The translations under genes and the position numbers were made by a program. A stretch of DNA of 32,000 bases from Erysipelotrichaceae bacterium. Its GTDB lineage: Bacteria; Bacillota_I; Bacilli_A; Erysipelotrichales; Erysipelotrichaceae. Under the pieces are notes generated by a model. It was not told where the DNA came from. It worked only from the letters and a program-made list of their open reading frames with translations, and did not search any database. Numbering within the stretch: the stretch's first letter is position 1; the number at the start of each line of letters is the position of its first letter. The stretch is from assembly GCA_963663995.1 (NCBI GenBank), contig OY760660.1, positions 690,001 to 722,000 of the forward strand, in the 5' to 3' direction. Shown piece after piece: positions 23,534 to 32,000 of this stretch.

Positions 23534-25288
23534 CTATGCCGCTTTTAAGGCTTCTTTTAGTGCTTTAAGTACCGTTTCAGGTACAATTTTTAAGAGTTCT
23601 TCATCACTGGCTTCTTTCATTGCTTTTAGTGATTTAAATTGTTTACGTAAAGCTGCTTGACGCTTAGGTCCTAAACCACTAACATCATCTAAAATCGAAG
23701 CCACTTGGCCCTTAGAACGACGTCTTTTATGATGAGAGATAACAAATCGATGAACTTCGTCTTGCATTCGTGTCAGAAAGAAATAAAGTTGCGGTTCATC
23801 ACTAACTTCTATTCTTTCACCACTTAGATCCATTAGGGCTGATGTGTTATGTTTGTTGTCTTTAACTAAACCAAAAACAGGAATAGAAACATGTAAGATG
23901 TTTAAACTTTTTAAAGCTGCTTGAATTTGTGTATAGCCACCATCAACCAATAAACAATCAGGTAAATCAGAATGCTCTTTGATTTTTCTTAAATAACGAC
24001 GATAGATCGCTTCTTCCATGTTTGCGACATCATTTGCGCCATTAGAAACATTGTATAAACGATAATCTTTCTTTGAAGGAACACCATCTTTAAAGACAAC
24101 CACAGCACTGGAAGCATAAGCCCCTTGGATGTGCGAATTATCGATGAGTTCAATTGTTTCAACACTAGTGATCTGTAGTTTTTCTTTTAGCGCAACTAAA
24201 GCTTCTTCTTGGGCAGATTCTTTTAGTTTAAACATTTCTGCTTTTTGTTCGAGTTGTTTTAATGCATTGGTTTGGGCAAGTTCAATCAACTTACGTTGAT
24301 TTCCGCGTTGTGGTTGGTGAATCTTTAACTCTAAATGATCTTCAAGTAATGACACATCAATGCCTTGCGGCAATAATAGTTCATCTGGTAAATCATTTTG
24401 ACTATAAAGCTGAGCGAGAAAACTAATAAAGCTCTCATCCGCGTCATCCACTAAAATTTGTAAGGCGAAAGATCGATCTAATATTTTCCCTGCACGGATC
24501 ATTAAACCCTGGATGGCAATAATGCCATTCTTTTCAGCATAGGCAAAAACATCTTTGTTACCCTGTGTTTCACTGGCAACCGCTTGCTTATCTAAGACAT
24601 AATTTAAGGCTTTCAAATCATCACGATATTCAGCCGCTCTTTCAAAATTAAGGGCTTCAGTCGCTTCCATCATCTTTTGATTTAAACGTGCTCTTAAGTC
24701 TTTGTCATCGCCTTTCAAAACACGAATGATTTCATTAACCATTGCTTGATAGTCTTCATCTTTAACATCAAACTCGCAAGGACCTAAACATTGACCTAAG
24801 TGATAATATAGACAAACTTTCTTAGGAAGTGTTTCACATTTTCTAAGGGGGTAAAGATGATTCATCAATTTACGCATTGTATGCGCTGCTGACGCATCAG
24901 GATAAGGACCAAAATAGGTTGATTTCTTATCTCTTTTCTTATCTCTTACAACTTTTAATTGAGCATACTTTTCATTTGTTAATTTTAAGTAAGGATATGA
25001 TTTATCATCCATAAACATGATGTTGAAGCGAGGACGATGTTTTTTAATTAAATTGATTTCTAAAATTAAAGCTTCTTTTTCAGTATGGGTCACAATATAA
25101 TCAAAATCTTTTATCTGTGAAACAAGCTTTGTTGTTTTATAATTATGAGCTCCTGTAAAATAGGAAGTCACCCGATTTTTGAGTTTCTTAGCTTTACCAA
25201 CATAGATGATCTTGCCCTGTTTGTTTTTCATCAAATAACAACCAGGTTCAAGTGGTAATGTCTGTAACTTAACTTTTAAATCATCCAT
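23534..25288 (-). CDS. uvrC: Excinuclease ABC subunit C
   Basis: GIY-YIG domain (GCYLMKNKQGKIIYVGKAKKLKNRVTSYF), UVR domain, and a C-terminal endonuclease domain with (HhH)2. Confidence 0.95.
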   Translation of the reverse strand: MDDLKVKLQTLPLEPGCYLMKNKQGKIIYVGKAKKLKNRVTSYFTGAHNYKTTKLVSQIKDFDYIVTHTEKEALILEINLIKKHRPRFNIMFMDDKSYPYLKLTNEKYAQLKVVRDKKRDKKSTYFGPYPDASAAHTMRKLMNHLYPLRKCETLPKKVCLYYHLGQCLGPCEFDVKDEDYQAMVNEIIRVLKGDDKDLRARLNQKMMEATEALNFERAAEYRDDLKALNYVLDKQAVASETQGNKDVFAYAEKNGIIAIQGLMIRAGKILDRSFALQILVDDADESFISFLAQLYSQNDLPDELLLPQGIDVSLLEDHLELKIHQPQRGNQRKLIELAQTNALKQLEQKAEMFKLKESAQEEALVALKEKLQITSVETIELIDNSHIQGAYASSAVVVFKDGVPSKKDYRLYNVSNGANDVANMEEAIYRRYLRKIKEHSDLPDCLLVDGGYTQIQAALKSLNILHVSIPVFGLVKDNKHNTSALMDLSGERIEVSDEPQLYFFLTRMQDEVHRFVISHHKRRRSKGQVASILDDVSGLGPKRQAALRKQFKSLKAMKEASDEELLKIVPETVLKALKEALKAA

Positions 25289-27585
25289 TACTTATATCCT
25301 TTAAAGTTAACCACGGTGGCTCCGTGTCCACCTTCACCCTGTTCACCTAAACGATAGGACTCAACAAAAGATGCCTTATTTAAATGTTGATGGACAGCTG
25401 CCCTTAAAGCCCCTGTTCCATGTCCATGAATAAGACGACAAAATGGATATTTTGCTAAGATACAATCATCTAAATATTGATCGATTAAAGGTAAAGCTTC
25501 ATCAACACGCAAACCAATCACATTCAGTTCATGCGGAACAGACGCTATAGGCACTGTTTTTACGGTAAACTTTTTCTTTCTCACTGGTGCACTACCTTCG
25601 ATTAAGTCTTCAAGTTTAACCTCGGTACGAACCCCATTCATTGAAACATAAATTCTTTTCTTGGCTTCTACAACTTGACCTGTTTGTTGAGTCACTCTAT
25701 GTTTAACCCATTGTCCGACTTTAACTTTTTCTAAATGCGCTTCAGGATCACTAGGACTAATCGCTAGAATTTTCTCTAAGGAAGTGCGAGCAGACTGTAG
25801 ATTTTGTTTGTTTTCTTGTTTTAAGTTTTCGATGATAGTTAAAACTTCTTCTTCTTTGTTTTCAATGAAGTCTTTTAATTCATCTTGTGCTTTTTGGTAT
25901 AAATCATCTTTATAACTGATATAGACTTCTTTGGCTCTATTCACTTGTGCTTTTTCCGCTTCAAGTGCATTTTCTAATTTCTTTAAATCTTCTTCTTTTT
26001 GATAAAGTTCAGCCATTTGAATTTCAACTTTTTCAAGTTGTTTTTCGGCTAAAGTTTTTGCATTTTCCCGATGACTGATAGCTTGGTCTAAAATAGATTC
26101 ATTTAAACCAAAACGTTTCGCTATTTCAAAGGCAAAAGATTGACCAGGTAAATGTTCAACATATTTATAATTTGGTTGCATTTTCTCCATATCAAATTGT
26201 ACTGATGCGATAAGCACATCATCTCTTTGCATGGCATATTGTTTTAAACGTGTATAATGGGTCGTCGCAACACAACTAACCCCTTTATCTCTTAGATAAT
26301 CTAAAATCGCAATCGCTAAACTTTCACCTTCAACCGGATCTGTTCCGCCACCTAATTCATCTAGTAAGACAAAAGACTGATCAGTTGCCTTATCTGTCAC
26401 TTCAATTAATTTTGTCAAATGTGATGAAAAAGTTGAAAGCGATTGTTGAATGGATTGATCATCCCCAATATCCACAAAAACTTGATCAAATAAAGGAACA
26501 TCTGCTTCATCCACCCATAGTGGAATACCACTATAAGCCATTAGACACGCTAAACCCATCACTTTTAAACTAACCGTTTTACCCCCAGTATTTGGTCCAG
26601 TTATTAAAATCATTGAATGACTAGGATCTAAGCGATAGGTATTAGAAACGACTTCTTTGGGATCAATTAAAGGATGACGAGCATCTTTTAAATAAAGGGT
26701 TTTGGTTTCATTAACTCTAGCACATATTCCTTCATGTTTATTCCCATAAATAGCTCGCGCAAAATGAGAGTCAAGAATAGCCATCGTATCTAAACTGGAT
26801 GCATACATAGAAACATAAGGTTTGATGGCTTGAGAAAGTTCAAAACAGATACGCTCTATTTCTTCACTTTCCTGATATAAAAGTTCTGATATTTCATTAT
26901 TAAGTTGAATAAAAAGAGGTGGTTCAACATAGGCACTTAAACCAGAAGCACTTTCTCCATGAATGATGCCCCCTAAGGAATTCTTATCACTGTTTTTAGC
27001 TAGGACAACAATGCGATCATTTCTTAAAGTAGAAATGCTATCGGTTAATTTAGAAGCATTAGCTGAAATAAAGCGTTGAATTTTATCACTACGCTCACTA
27101 TTTTTCTTACGTAATTTGGCACGTATACTACTTAAATCTTTTGAGGCTTGATCAAGCATTTCATTAGCGGGTGAAAAACATCGTTCAATTTTCTTCGCTA
27201 AATCTAAGTTCACTTCAAGCGATTGAATCAAATCATTTAAATCACTCAAGTTCACTTCCGCTGTTTTAAAGTACGTTTGTACTGACATAACTGAGTAAGT
27301 AAAACGAGCGACATTAATTAATTCTTCAAAGCTTAGTGTTTGATCTTTATTCGCCTTCACTAAAGCCATACTGATGTTTGACATCCCTGGCATTGGTAAA
27401 GGTCCCATTAAACGCTCACATTCCATGGCAGCTTGAGTACGTTTATTTTCTCTTTCAATCCACAACAAAGAATTCGATGGTTCAAGAGCCATTATTTTTT
27501 CTCTGGTCAGTGAAAAAGTCGCAAATTTTGCGATCGCTTCTAAGATTAAATCATACTGTAATATTTCTCGTGCTTGTTTTGTCAT
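25288..27585 (-). CDS. mutS2: Endonuclease MutS2 (MutS domain plus C-terminal Smr)
   Basis: Walker A GPNTGGKT, the DELGGGTDP motif, a long coiled coil, and the Smr motif LIHGHGTGALR. Confidence 0.95.
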   Translation of the reverse strand: MTKQAREILQYDLILEAIAKFATFSLTREKIMALEPSNSLLWIERENKRTQAAMECERLMGPLPMPGMSNISMALVKANKDQTLSFEELINVARFTYSVMSVQTYFKTAEVNLSDLNDLIQSLEVNLDLAKKIERCFSPANEMLDQASKDLSSIRAKLRKKNSERSDKIQRFISANASKLTDSISTLRNDRIVVLAKNSDKNSLGGIIHGESASGLSAYVEPPLFIQLNNEISELLYQESEEIERICFELSQAIKPYVSMYASSLDTMAILDSHFARAIYGNKHEGICARVNETKTLYLKDARHPLIDPKEVVSNTYRLDPSHSMILITGPNTGGKTVSLKVMGLACLMAYSGIPLWVDEADVPLFDQVFVDIGDDQSIQQSLSTFSSHLTKLIEVTDKATDQSFVLLDELGGGTDPVEGESLAIAILDYLRDKGVSCVATTHYTRLKQYAMQRDDVLIASVQFDMEKMQPNYKYVEHLPGQSFAFEIAKRFGLNESILDQAISHRENAKTLAEKQLEKVEIQMAELYQKEEDLKKLENALEAEKAQVNRAKEVYISYKDDLYQKAQDELKDFIENKEEEVLTIIENLKQENKQNLQSARTSLEKILAISPSDPEAHLEKVKVGQWVKHRVTQQTGQVVEAKKRIYVSMNGVRTEVKLEDLIEGSAPVRKKKFTVKTVPIASVPHELNVIGLRVDEALPLIDQYLDDCILAKYPFCRLIHGHGTGALRAAVHQHLNKASFVESYRLGEQGEGGHGATVVNFKGYK

Positions 27586-27631
27586 ATGTCCAAGATTAAG
27601 TTTACTTTAAAAGCGCTCGCATGTGCAAACA

Positions 27632-27640
27632 TGTGATAAA
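27632..27640 (+). promoter_or_regulatory. Possible extended -10 (TGTGATAAA) 8 nt upstream of the rnhC ATG
   Basis: The plus strand reads TGTGATAAA-ctttagtc-ATG. The hexamer is weak and there is no SD. Confidence 0.3.
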
Positions 27641-27648
27641 CTTTAGTC

Positions 27649-28497
27649 ATGAATTTAACAAAAACCTTAAGTTTAAGTGCTGAACAAATTGCTGATTTAA
27701 AAAAACAATATCATCATGCAAGTGTACAAAACGCTAATCCTTATATTGATGCTCAATTTAAACTTGAGGACTGTACCATTACCATTTACAGTTCTAAAAA
27801 AGTGGTCTTTCAAGGTGCAGAAGCTGAAAGCATGGCTTCAATCTATACCAAAAAGTTAAAAGCCCACGCTGGAAGTGATGAAGTCGGTACTGGTGATTAT
27901 TTTGGACCGGTTGTTGTCGTGGCTTGTGCACTCACTGATGAAATACTAGATCAAGTTCAGGATTTTCACTTAATGGACTCTAAAGTTTTAAAAGATGAAG
28001 ACATTAAAAAGATGGCTCAAAAACTTAAAGACATTGTGCCCCATTCTGTCTTAGTGGTTGATAATAGCACTTATAATCGAATCCATGACAAACATAATAT
28101 GAATGCGATAAAAGCGCTACTACATAATCAAGCTTATCTTCATTTGAGTAAAAAAGTTGAGATACCAAGTCTTGCCGTAGTTGATCAATTTACACCTGAA
28201 AATCTTTATTTTAAATACATCAAAGATGAAAAGGATATCTATCGAAATTTACACTTTGAGACAAAAGCTGAAAGTAAATATCCAGCGGTTGCTTGTGCAT
28301 CGATTCTTGCGCGGGCAAAATTCTTAGAAGTCATGGAAAAGATGAATCAACATTATGATTTTGATTTCCCCTTTGGCTCTGGCGAAAAAGTTGATGAAGC
28401 TGGGATTCAATTTGTTCACCAAAGATCGCTTGATAAACTTAAAGAAGTCGCAAAAATACATTTTAAAAACACTGAGCGCATATTAAAGGCCAAGTAA
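27649..28497 (+). CDS. rnhC: Ribonuclease HIII
   Basis: N-terminal TBP-like domain followed by the RNase HII/HIII catalytic motif GSDEVGTGDYFGP and the ...DSK... motif. Confidence 0.9.
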   Translation: MNLTKTLSLSAEQIADLKKQYHHASVQNANPYIDAQFKLEDCTITIYSSKKVVFQGAEAESMASIYTKKLKAHAGSDEVGTGDYFGPVVVVACALTDEILDQVQDFHLMDSKVLKDEDIKKMAQKLKDIVPHSVLVVDNSTYNRIHDKHNMNAIKALLHNQAYLHLSKKVEIPSLAVVDQFTPENLYFKYIKDEKDIYRNLHFETKAESKYPAVACASILARAKFLEVMEKMNQHYDFDFPFGSGEKVDEAGIQFVHQRSLDKLKEVAKIHFKNTERILKAK

Positions 28498-28511
28498 TTT
28501 ACTTGGCCTTT
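28485..28511. terminator. Bidirectional terminator palindrome built from the last codons of both convergent genes
   Basis: The arms AAAGGCCAAGT and ACTTGGCCTTT (28485-28495/28501-28511) are followed by TTTGTTT on the plus strand and TTTAATAT on the minus strand. Confidence 0.65.
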
Positions 28512-28981
28512 GTTTCGAGTTTAATTTCAACGTTTTCAGATGTCTCTGTCAACTTAACGTTAGCATCTAAACACATCCGCTTACTTGCTTTAACACTATC
28601 GGTATCCGCATATTTATCAGATTCATATACAATCTCTTTTATCCCAGATTGAATAATTGCTTTCGCACATTCATGACATGGAAATAAAGAGACATAAATA
28701 CTACAGTCTTTAATACTTCTTGGGGCATTTAAGATAGCATTTAGTTCAGCATGAACGACATAAGGATACTTTGTTTCCAAAGTTTCCCCTTCTCTTTCCC
28801 AAGGATAATCATCATCATTAATACCACGCGGAAAACCATTGTAGCCAATTGAGACGACTTTGTGTTCATCATCAACAATAACGGCTCCTACTTGTGTGCT
28901 TGGATCTTTTGATCTAAGCGCTGAAAGATGGGCGATACCCATAAAATAGGCAGTCCAAGAAATGGCATTATGACGTTTCAT
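28499..28981 (-). CDS. comEB: dCMP deaminase (ComEB type)
   Basis: Zinc motifs HAELNAI and PCHECAKAI. Confidence 0.9.
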   Translation of the reverse strand: MKRHNAISWTAYFMGIAHLSALRSKDPSTQVGAVIVDDEHKVVSIGYNGFPRGINDDDYPWEREGETLETKYPYVVHAELNAILNAPRSIKDCSIYVSLFPCHECAKAIIQSGIKEIVYESDKYADTDSVKASKRMCLDANVKLTETSENVEIKLETKAK

Positions 28982-30210
28982 TATTGAGAAACCTCCAAAT
29001 AATATTTAAGTAATGAGTCACTTAAATCTTCTGCATACCATGATAGATTAAAATCATTAGCTATTTCAAGCACAAATGTGTCTGTCTTAGCATAGATTTC
29101 TTTCGCATCATTATATTGAAATGATAAAACTGCACAGGAAATATAAAGAAGCGCTAAGGCAATCATAGAATGAAGTTTTAAGTGTGAAATCTTAGCAGAC
29201 TTTGAAAAAGCAAATCCTAAGAAGAGTCCGGCGATTAAACCACCAACATGTCCTATCACAGAGACTTGAGGAATAAAATTAATAAAGATATTTATCATAA
29301 CCATGCGCCACAACTGCGCTTGTATTTGGGCTTGTTTAATCAGTCCTGTTTCATAAAGGTAAACCCCTAAAACACCTAAGATGGCATATAAACCAGCACT
29401 AATTCCAACCAGAAGCACATTGCCTTGTGAGATAAAGACAAATAAGGAACCCATGATGATACCAGCGATTAAAGTTATCAAGAATTTCTTAACACCGTAA
29501 ATACGCTCCATGAAATTTCCTAGATTAATCAAAGCATAGACATTCATCAATAAATGAAAGATATCTGTGTGGATGAAACCATAAGTTAAGAAACGGAAAA
29601 TTTCAAAGTGAGCGCTAATAAAAATTTTATAATATGCACCAAAGAAAATTGCAGCTGCATAAATATCATAATCAAAAATAAGCGCAACAGCATTTATCGC
29701 TAACGAAATAATAATTAAGGCAATACTTGTATAGAGTGTCCCTTTTGGTAAGTTCTTAACAAATCCAAAAAAGTTTTGTGGTGTTTGAGCGTTTTGTCGT
29801 CTATTTAAAATAGACGTTGCTTTGTCATAAGATTTATCATCCATGTCCTTAAAAATATAAGCACATTTTGGAAATTGCTTTGTAAAAGCTTCTGGCAAAT
29901 TAAGTGCTGACACTTGAATAACTAGACCATAATCACTCTCAATTACACCTGATGCATCTTCAGTAAATTCAAGTTCTAAGAAATTGAGTTTTTGATGAAA
30001 AACAGATTTTATCGCATCTAAAATTTGATTGGTATGTTCAGCTTTTAATCGCGGCTTATCACCTAAATACAAACGAATTAAATTATAGTCTTTTTGATTT
30101 TGATGAGATAACCATACTTCATCTTGGAGATGAGATACTTCAACCCGTTGATAACCATAGTCATTGATTAAAATCGATGCACATAGTCTAAGCGACTTCA
30201 CTAGATTCAT
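28981..30210 (-). CDS. Rhomboid-family intramembrane serine protease with an N-terminal cytoplasmic domain (GluP/YqgP-like)
   Basis: Motifs FIHTDIFHLLMN, the catalytic GISAGLYA and the catalytic-His motif GHVGGLIAGL. About 6-7 TM segments. Confidence 0.85.
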   Translation of the reverse strand: MNLVKSLRLCASILINDYGYQRVEVSHLQDEVWLSHQNQKDYNLIRLYLGDKPRLKAEHTNQILDAIKSVFHQKLNFLELEFTEDASGVIESDYGLVIQVSALNLPEAFTKQFPKCAYIFKDMDDKSYDKATSILNRRQNAQTPQNFFGFVKNLPKGTLYTSIALIIISLAINAVALIFDYDIYAAAIFFGAYYKIFISAHFEIFRFLTYGFIHTDIFHLLMNVYALINLGNFMERIYGVKKFLITLIAGIIMGSLFVFISQGNVLLVGISAGLYAILGVLGVYLYETGLIKQAQIQAQLWRMVMINIFINFIPQVSVIGHVGGLIAGLFLGFAFSKSAKISHLKLHSMIALALLYISCAVLSFQYNDAKEIYAKTDTFVLEIANDFNLSWYAEDLSDSLLKYYLEVSQ

Positions 30211-31127
30211 TATTGAATCTCCCGTTTTAAACGTTCAACAGTGTCTGAAAAAACCGCTGGCTCAGCCGCTTCAAATTCCATTTTCTGATGCGTAATTGGA
30301 TGAGTAAACTCAATTTTTTTCGCATGTAACATTTGACCTTGAGTGTCCAGAGTACTTTGTTTTGTATACTTATCGTCACCCACTAATGGATGACCAATAT
30401 AGGCAAAATGCACACGAATTTGATGGGTGCGTCCTGTTTCTAAGCGACATTCCACTAAAGTTGTATCTTTAAATCGTTCAAGAACTTTAAAATGAGTCAA
30501 AGCTTCTTTAGCGTTAATTGGCGTAACTGTCATACGTTGACGATCTTTAGGATCACGTCCAATCGGTGCTTCTATCTTTCCGGCATTATGATTAATAATG
30601 CCATGGACTAAAGCGATATAGGTACGATTTAAGCTGTGATCTTGAAGTTGATCACTTAAACCTTGATGAGTTTTATCATTTTTCGCTACAACTAAACATC
30701 CACTGGTATCTTTATCGATACGATGGACAATACCAGGTCTTAGCACACCATTGATGCCTGATAAATCAGTACAATGAGCCATTAAACCATTCACTAAGGT
30801 ATGGTTGGGATTACCAGCCCCTGGGTGTACGACTAAACCTTTTGGTTTATTAACAACTAATAGATCATGATCTTCATAAAGAATATCTAAATCCATTTCT
30901 TCAGCTTCTACTTCAAGTTCACTTGGTTCATCAAAATCGATGCTTATCCAATCACCACTTTTAACTTTTGTATTCGCTTTTACTTCATTATCATTAAGTA
31001 AAACTTCACCATTCGCAATCGCTTTTTGTAGGAGTGAACGCGAAAAATCTGGTAAAAGTTCGGTGAGTACTTTATCCAGTCTTTGCATATTGTGCGCTGC
31101 TTCTACTAAGAATTCTTTTTCGCTCAT
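30210..31127 (-). CDS. rluD: 23S rRNA pseudouridine synthase, RluD/RluA family
   Basis: S4 domain followed by the catalytic motif HRIDKDTSGCLVVAK. Confidence 0.9.
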   Translation of the reverse strand: MSEKEFLVEAAHNMQRLDKVLTELLPDFSRSLLQKAIANGEVLLNDNEVKANTKVKSGDWISIDFDEPSELEVEAEEMDLDILYEDHDLLVVNKPKGLVVHPGAGNPNHTLVNGLMAHCTDLSGINGVLRPGIVHRIDKDTSGCLVVAKNDKTHQGLSDQLQDHSLNRTYIALVHGIINHNAGKIEAPIGRDPKDRQRMTVTPINAKEALTHFKVLERFKDTTLVECRLETGRTHQIRVHFAYIGHPLVGDDKYTKQSTLDTQGQMLHAKKIEFTHPITHQKMEFEAAEPAVFSDTVERLKREIQ

Positions 31128-31594
31128 TTTTTACCTTCCAATAATGTATCTATGATTAATAATCCTACCCCAAAATTTAAACTAATATCGGCAATATTAA
31201 AAACTGGAAACATATAGCCAAATGTATTAAAGGATAGAAAATCTCGGACATAACCTAATTGTAAACGATCAAAATAATTACCTAATGTCCCTGCCATAAG
31301 CAAGATAATCGCGATTCGAAAGAGTCTTTGATGATCTTTAGAAGTGACATAGAAATAACACATCGCAATAAAGGCAGCGGGTGGAATGATCATAAATAAC
31401 CAATCATTACCGGAAAACATTGACCATGCTCCGCCAGTATTTCTAAGGATATGAATCCAGAAGAAGTTCTCAATCACTTCATAGGAATTTCGATAACCTA
31501 ACCAATTCTCAGTCACAAATTTTGTGATATGGTCGAAATAGAGAATTAAAGCTAAGAGAGCTAGATCAAGCCCATATTTCTTAACTAAATTCAT
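31124..31594 (-). CDS. lspA: Lipoprotein signal peptidase II
   Basis: Four TM segments and the motifs NTGGAWSMF and VFNIADISL. Confidence 0.9.
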   Translation of the reverse strand: MNLVKKYGLDLALLALILYFDHITKFVTENWLGYRNSYEVIENFFWIHILRNTGGAWSMFSGNDWLFMIIPPAAFIAMCYFYVTSKDHQRLFRIAIILLMAGTLGNYFDRLQLGYVRDFLSFNTFGYMFPVFNIADISLNFGVGLLIIDTLLEGKK

Positions 31595-32000
31595 TAGCGA
31601 TTAGATTCACTCAATTGATTTAAGATTTCAGCATCTAAACGACGGGCAAACTCAGTGATCAAAGTCACGGTATCAACGTAATCTTTACGATGAATCATTG
31701 CCCGATGTGAATGAATATATCGAGAAGGAATAGAAATCGTTAAAGTGATGACTCCATCATGTGCTTTGTGTATTTCACCTGAATCTGTACCACCGGCTAA
31801 AAGCATATCGTGTTGAACATCAAGCTTTAATTCTTCCGCTAGATCTTCCAACATATTTAATAAACCACGATGACCTAAAACTGATGAATCTTTAACACTT
31901 AAGGTAATTCCTTTACCCATAGGTGAACCCATATCAGCTCCTGGAATATCATTGGCTAAAGTTACATCAATTGCTAAAGCTAGATCAGGATGAATTTTAT
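31594..32000 (-). CDS. M42-family (YsdC/FrvX-like) aminopeptidase/endoglucanase-like peptidase, C-terminal part; N-terminus lies beyond the right window edge
   Basis: The reading frame stays open upstream of the ORF-track Met to position 32000 (...KIHPDLALAIDVTLANDIPGADMGSP...). It contains GGTDSG and IPSRYIHS motifs. Confidence 0.8.
   Translation of the reverse strand, partial: KIHPDLALAIDVTLANDIPGADMGSPMGKGITLSVKDSSVLGHRGLLNMLEDLAEELKLDVQHDMLLAGGTDSGEIHKAHDGVITLTISIPSRYIHSHRAMIHRKDYVDTVTLITEFARRLDAEILNQLSESNR

Noticed and set aside
2314-31155. Other short track ORFs (2314-2508, 5580-5816, 6617-6799, 10774-10971, 12399-12626, 13362-13559, 13544-13741, 18410-18613, 19345-19527, 26385-26573, 27378-27599, 30940-31155)
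   Set aside because: Each is nested in or antisense to a long gene with recognisable family motifs. None has a convincing SD or promoter.
1-32000. CRISPR arrays, IS elements or prophage; Mollicutes genetic code 4
   Set aside because: I saw no spaced direct-repeat arrays or transposase/integrase-like ORFs. TGA terminates engB within a terminator hairpin and all the long ORFs are intact under the standard code, so code 11 applies.

Overview
AT-rich (roughly one-third G+C by eye), densely packed chromosomal segment from a low-GC Bacillota-type bacterium. It uses the standard genetic code: TGA serves as a stop for engB and Trp is always TGG. The DUF3196-like/tig/lon arrangement suggests the Erysipelotrichia/Mollicutes-related radiation, but the organism cannot be identified from sequence alone. 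I call 32 protein genes, two of which run off the window edges, and one tRNA-Arg(UCU). Most of the window is housekeeping: polA, radC-mreC-mreD, engB-lon-tig, murI, uvrC, mutS2, rnhC, and a comEB-rhomboid-rluD-lspA-M42 peptidase operon. The stand-out region is an accessory catabolic island of about 9.7 kb (about 5.15-14.97 kb) between the radC/mreCD and engB/lon/tig blocks. It encodes a GPH-family symporter, two Cof-type HAD phosphatases, an FSA-type aldolase, a dehydratase-class glycyl radical enzyme (GCVE thiyl loop, RVAGY glycyl motif), its radical-SAM activase, a DeoR repressor and a 566-aa uncharacterised protein. That last protein's C-terminal half carries the ordered nucleotide-binding motifs of the PEP-carboxykinase/HPr-kinase fold. 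The gene set matches E. coli ybiV-ybiW-ybiY-fsaA but has no PTS. I propose a non-PTS variant in which the PEPCK-fold protein supplies the missing substrate-activating (kinase) step. A recurring TTTCA-N2-TGAAA palindrome marks the candidate DeoR regulon. Other observations: many genes have a TGnTAnAAT extended -10 box only 6-9 nt from the ATG with no Shine-Dalgarno (leaderless-type starts); an untracked 41-aa membrane peptide gene has a strong SD; two convergent gene pairs share overlapping TTAA stops; one bidirectional terminator palindrome encodes K-A-K-stop for both convergent genes; and there is a degenerate orphan metal-SBP-like lipoprotein. No CRISPR, transposase, integrase or prophage signal was seen. 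All homology statements come from motif recognition by eye; no searches were run.
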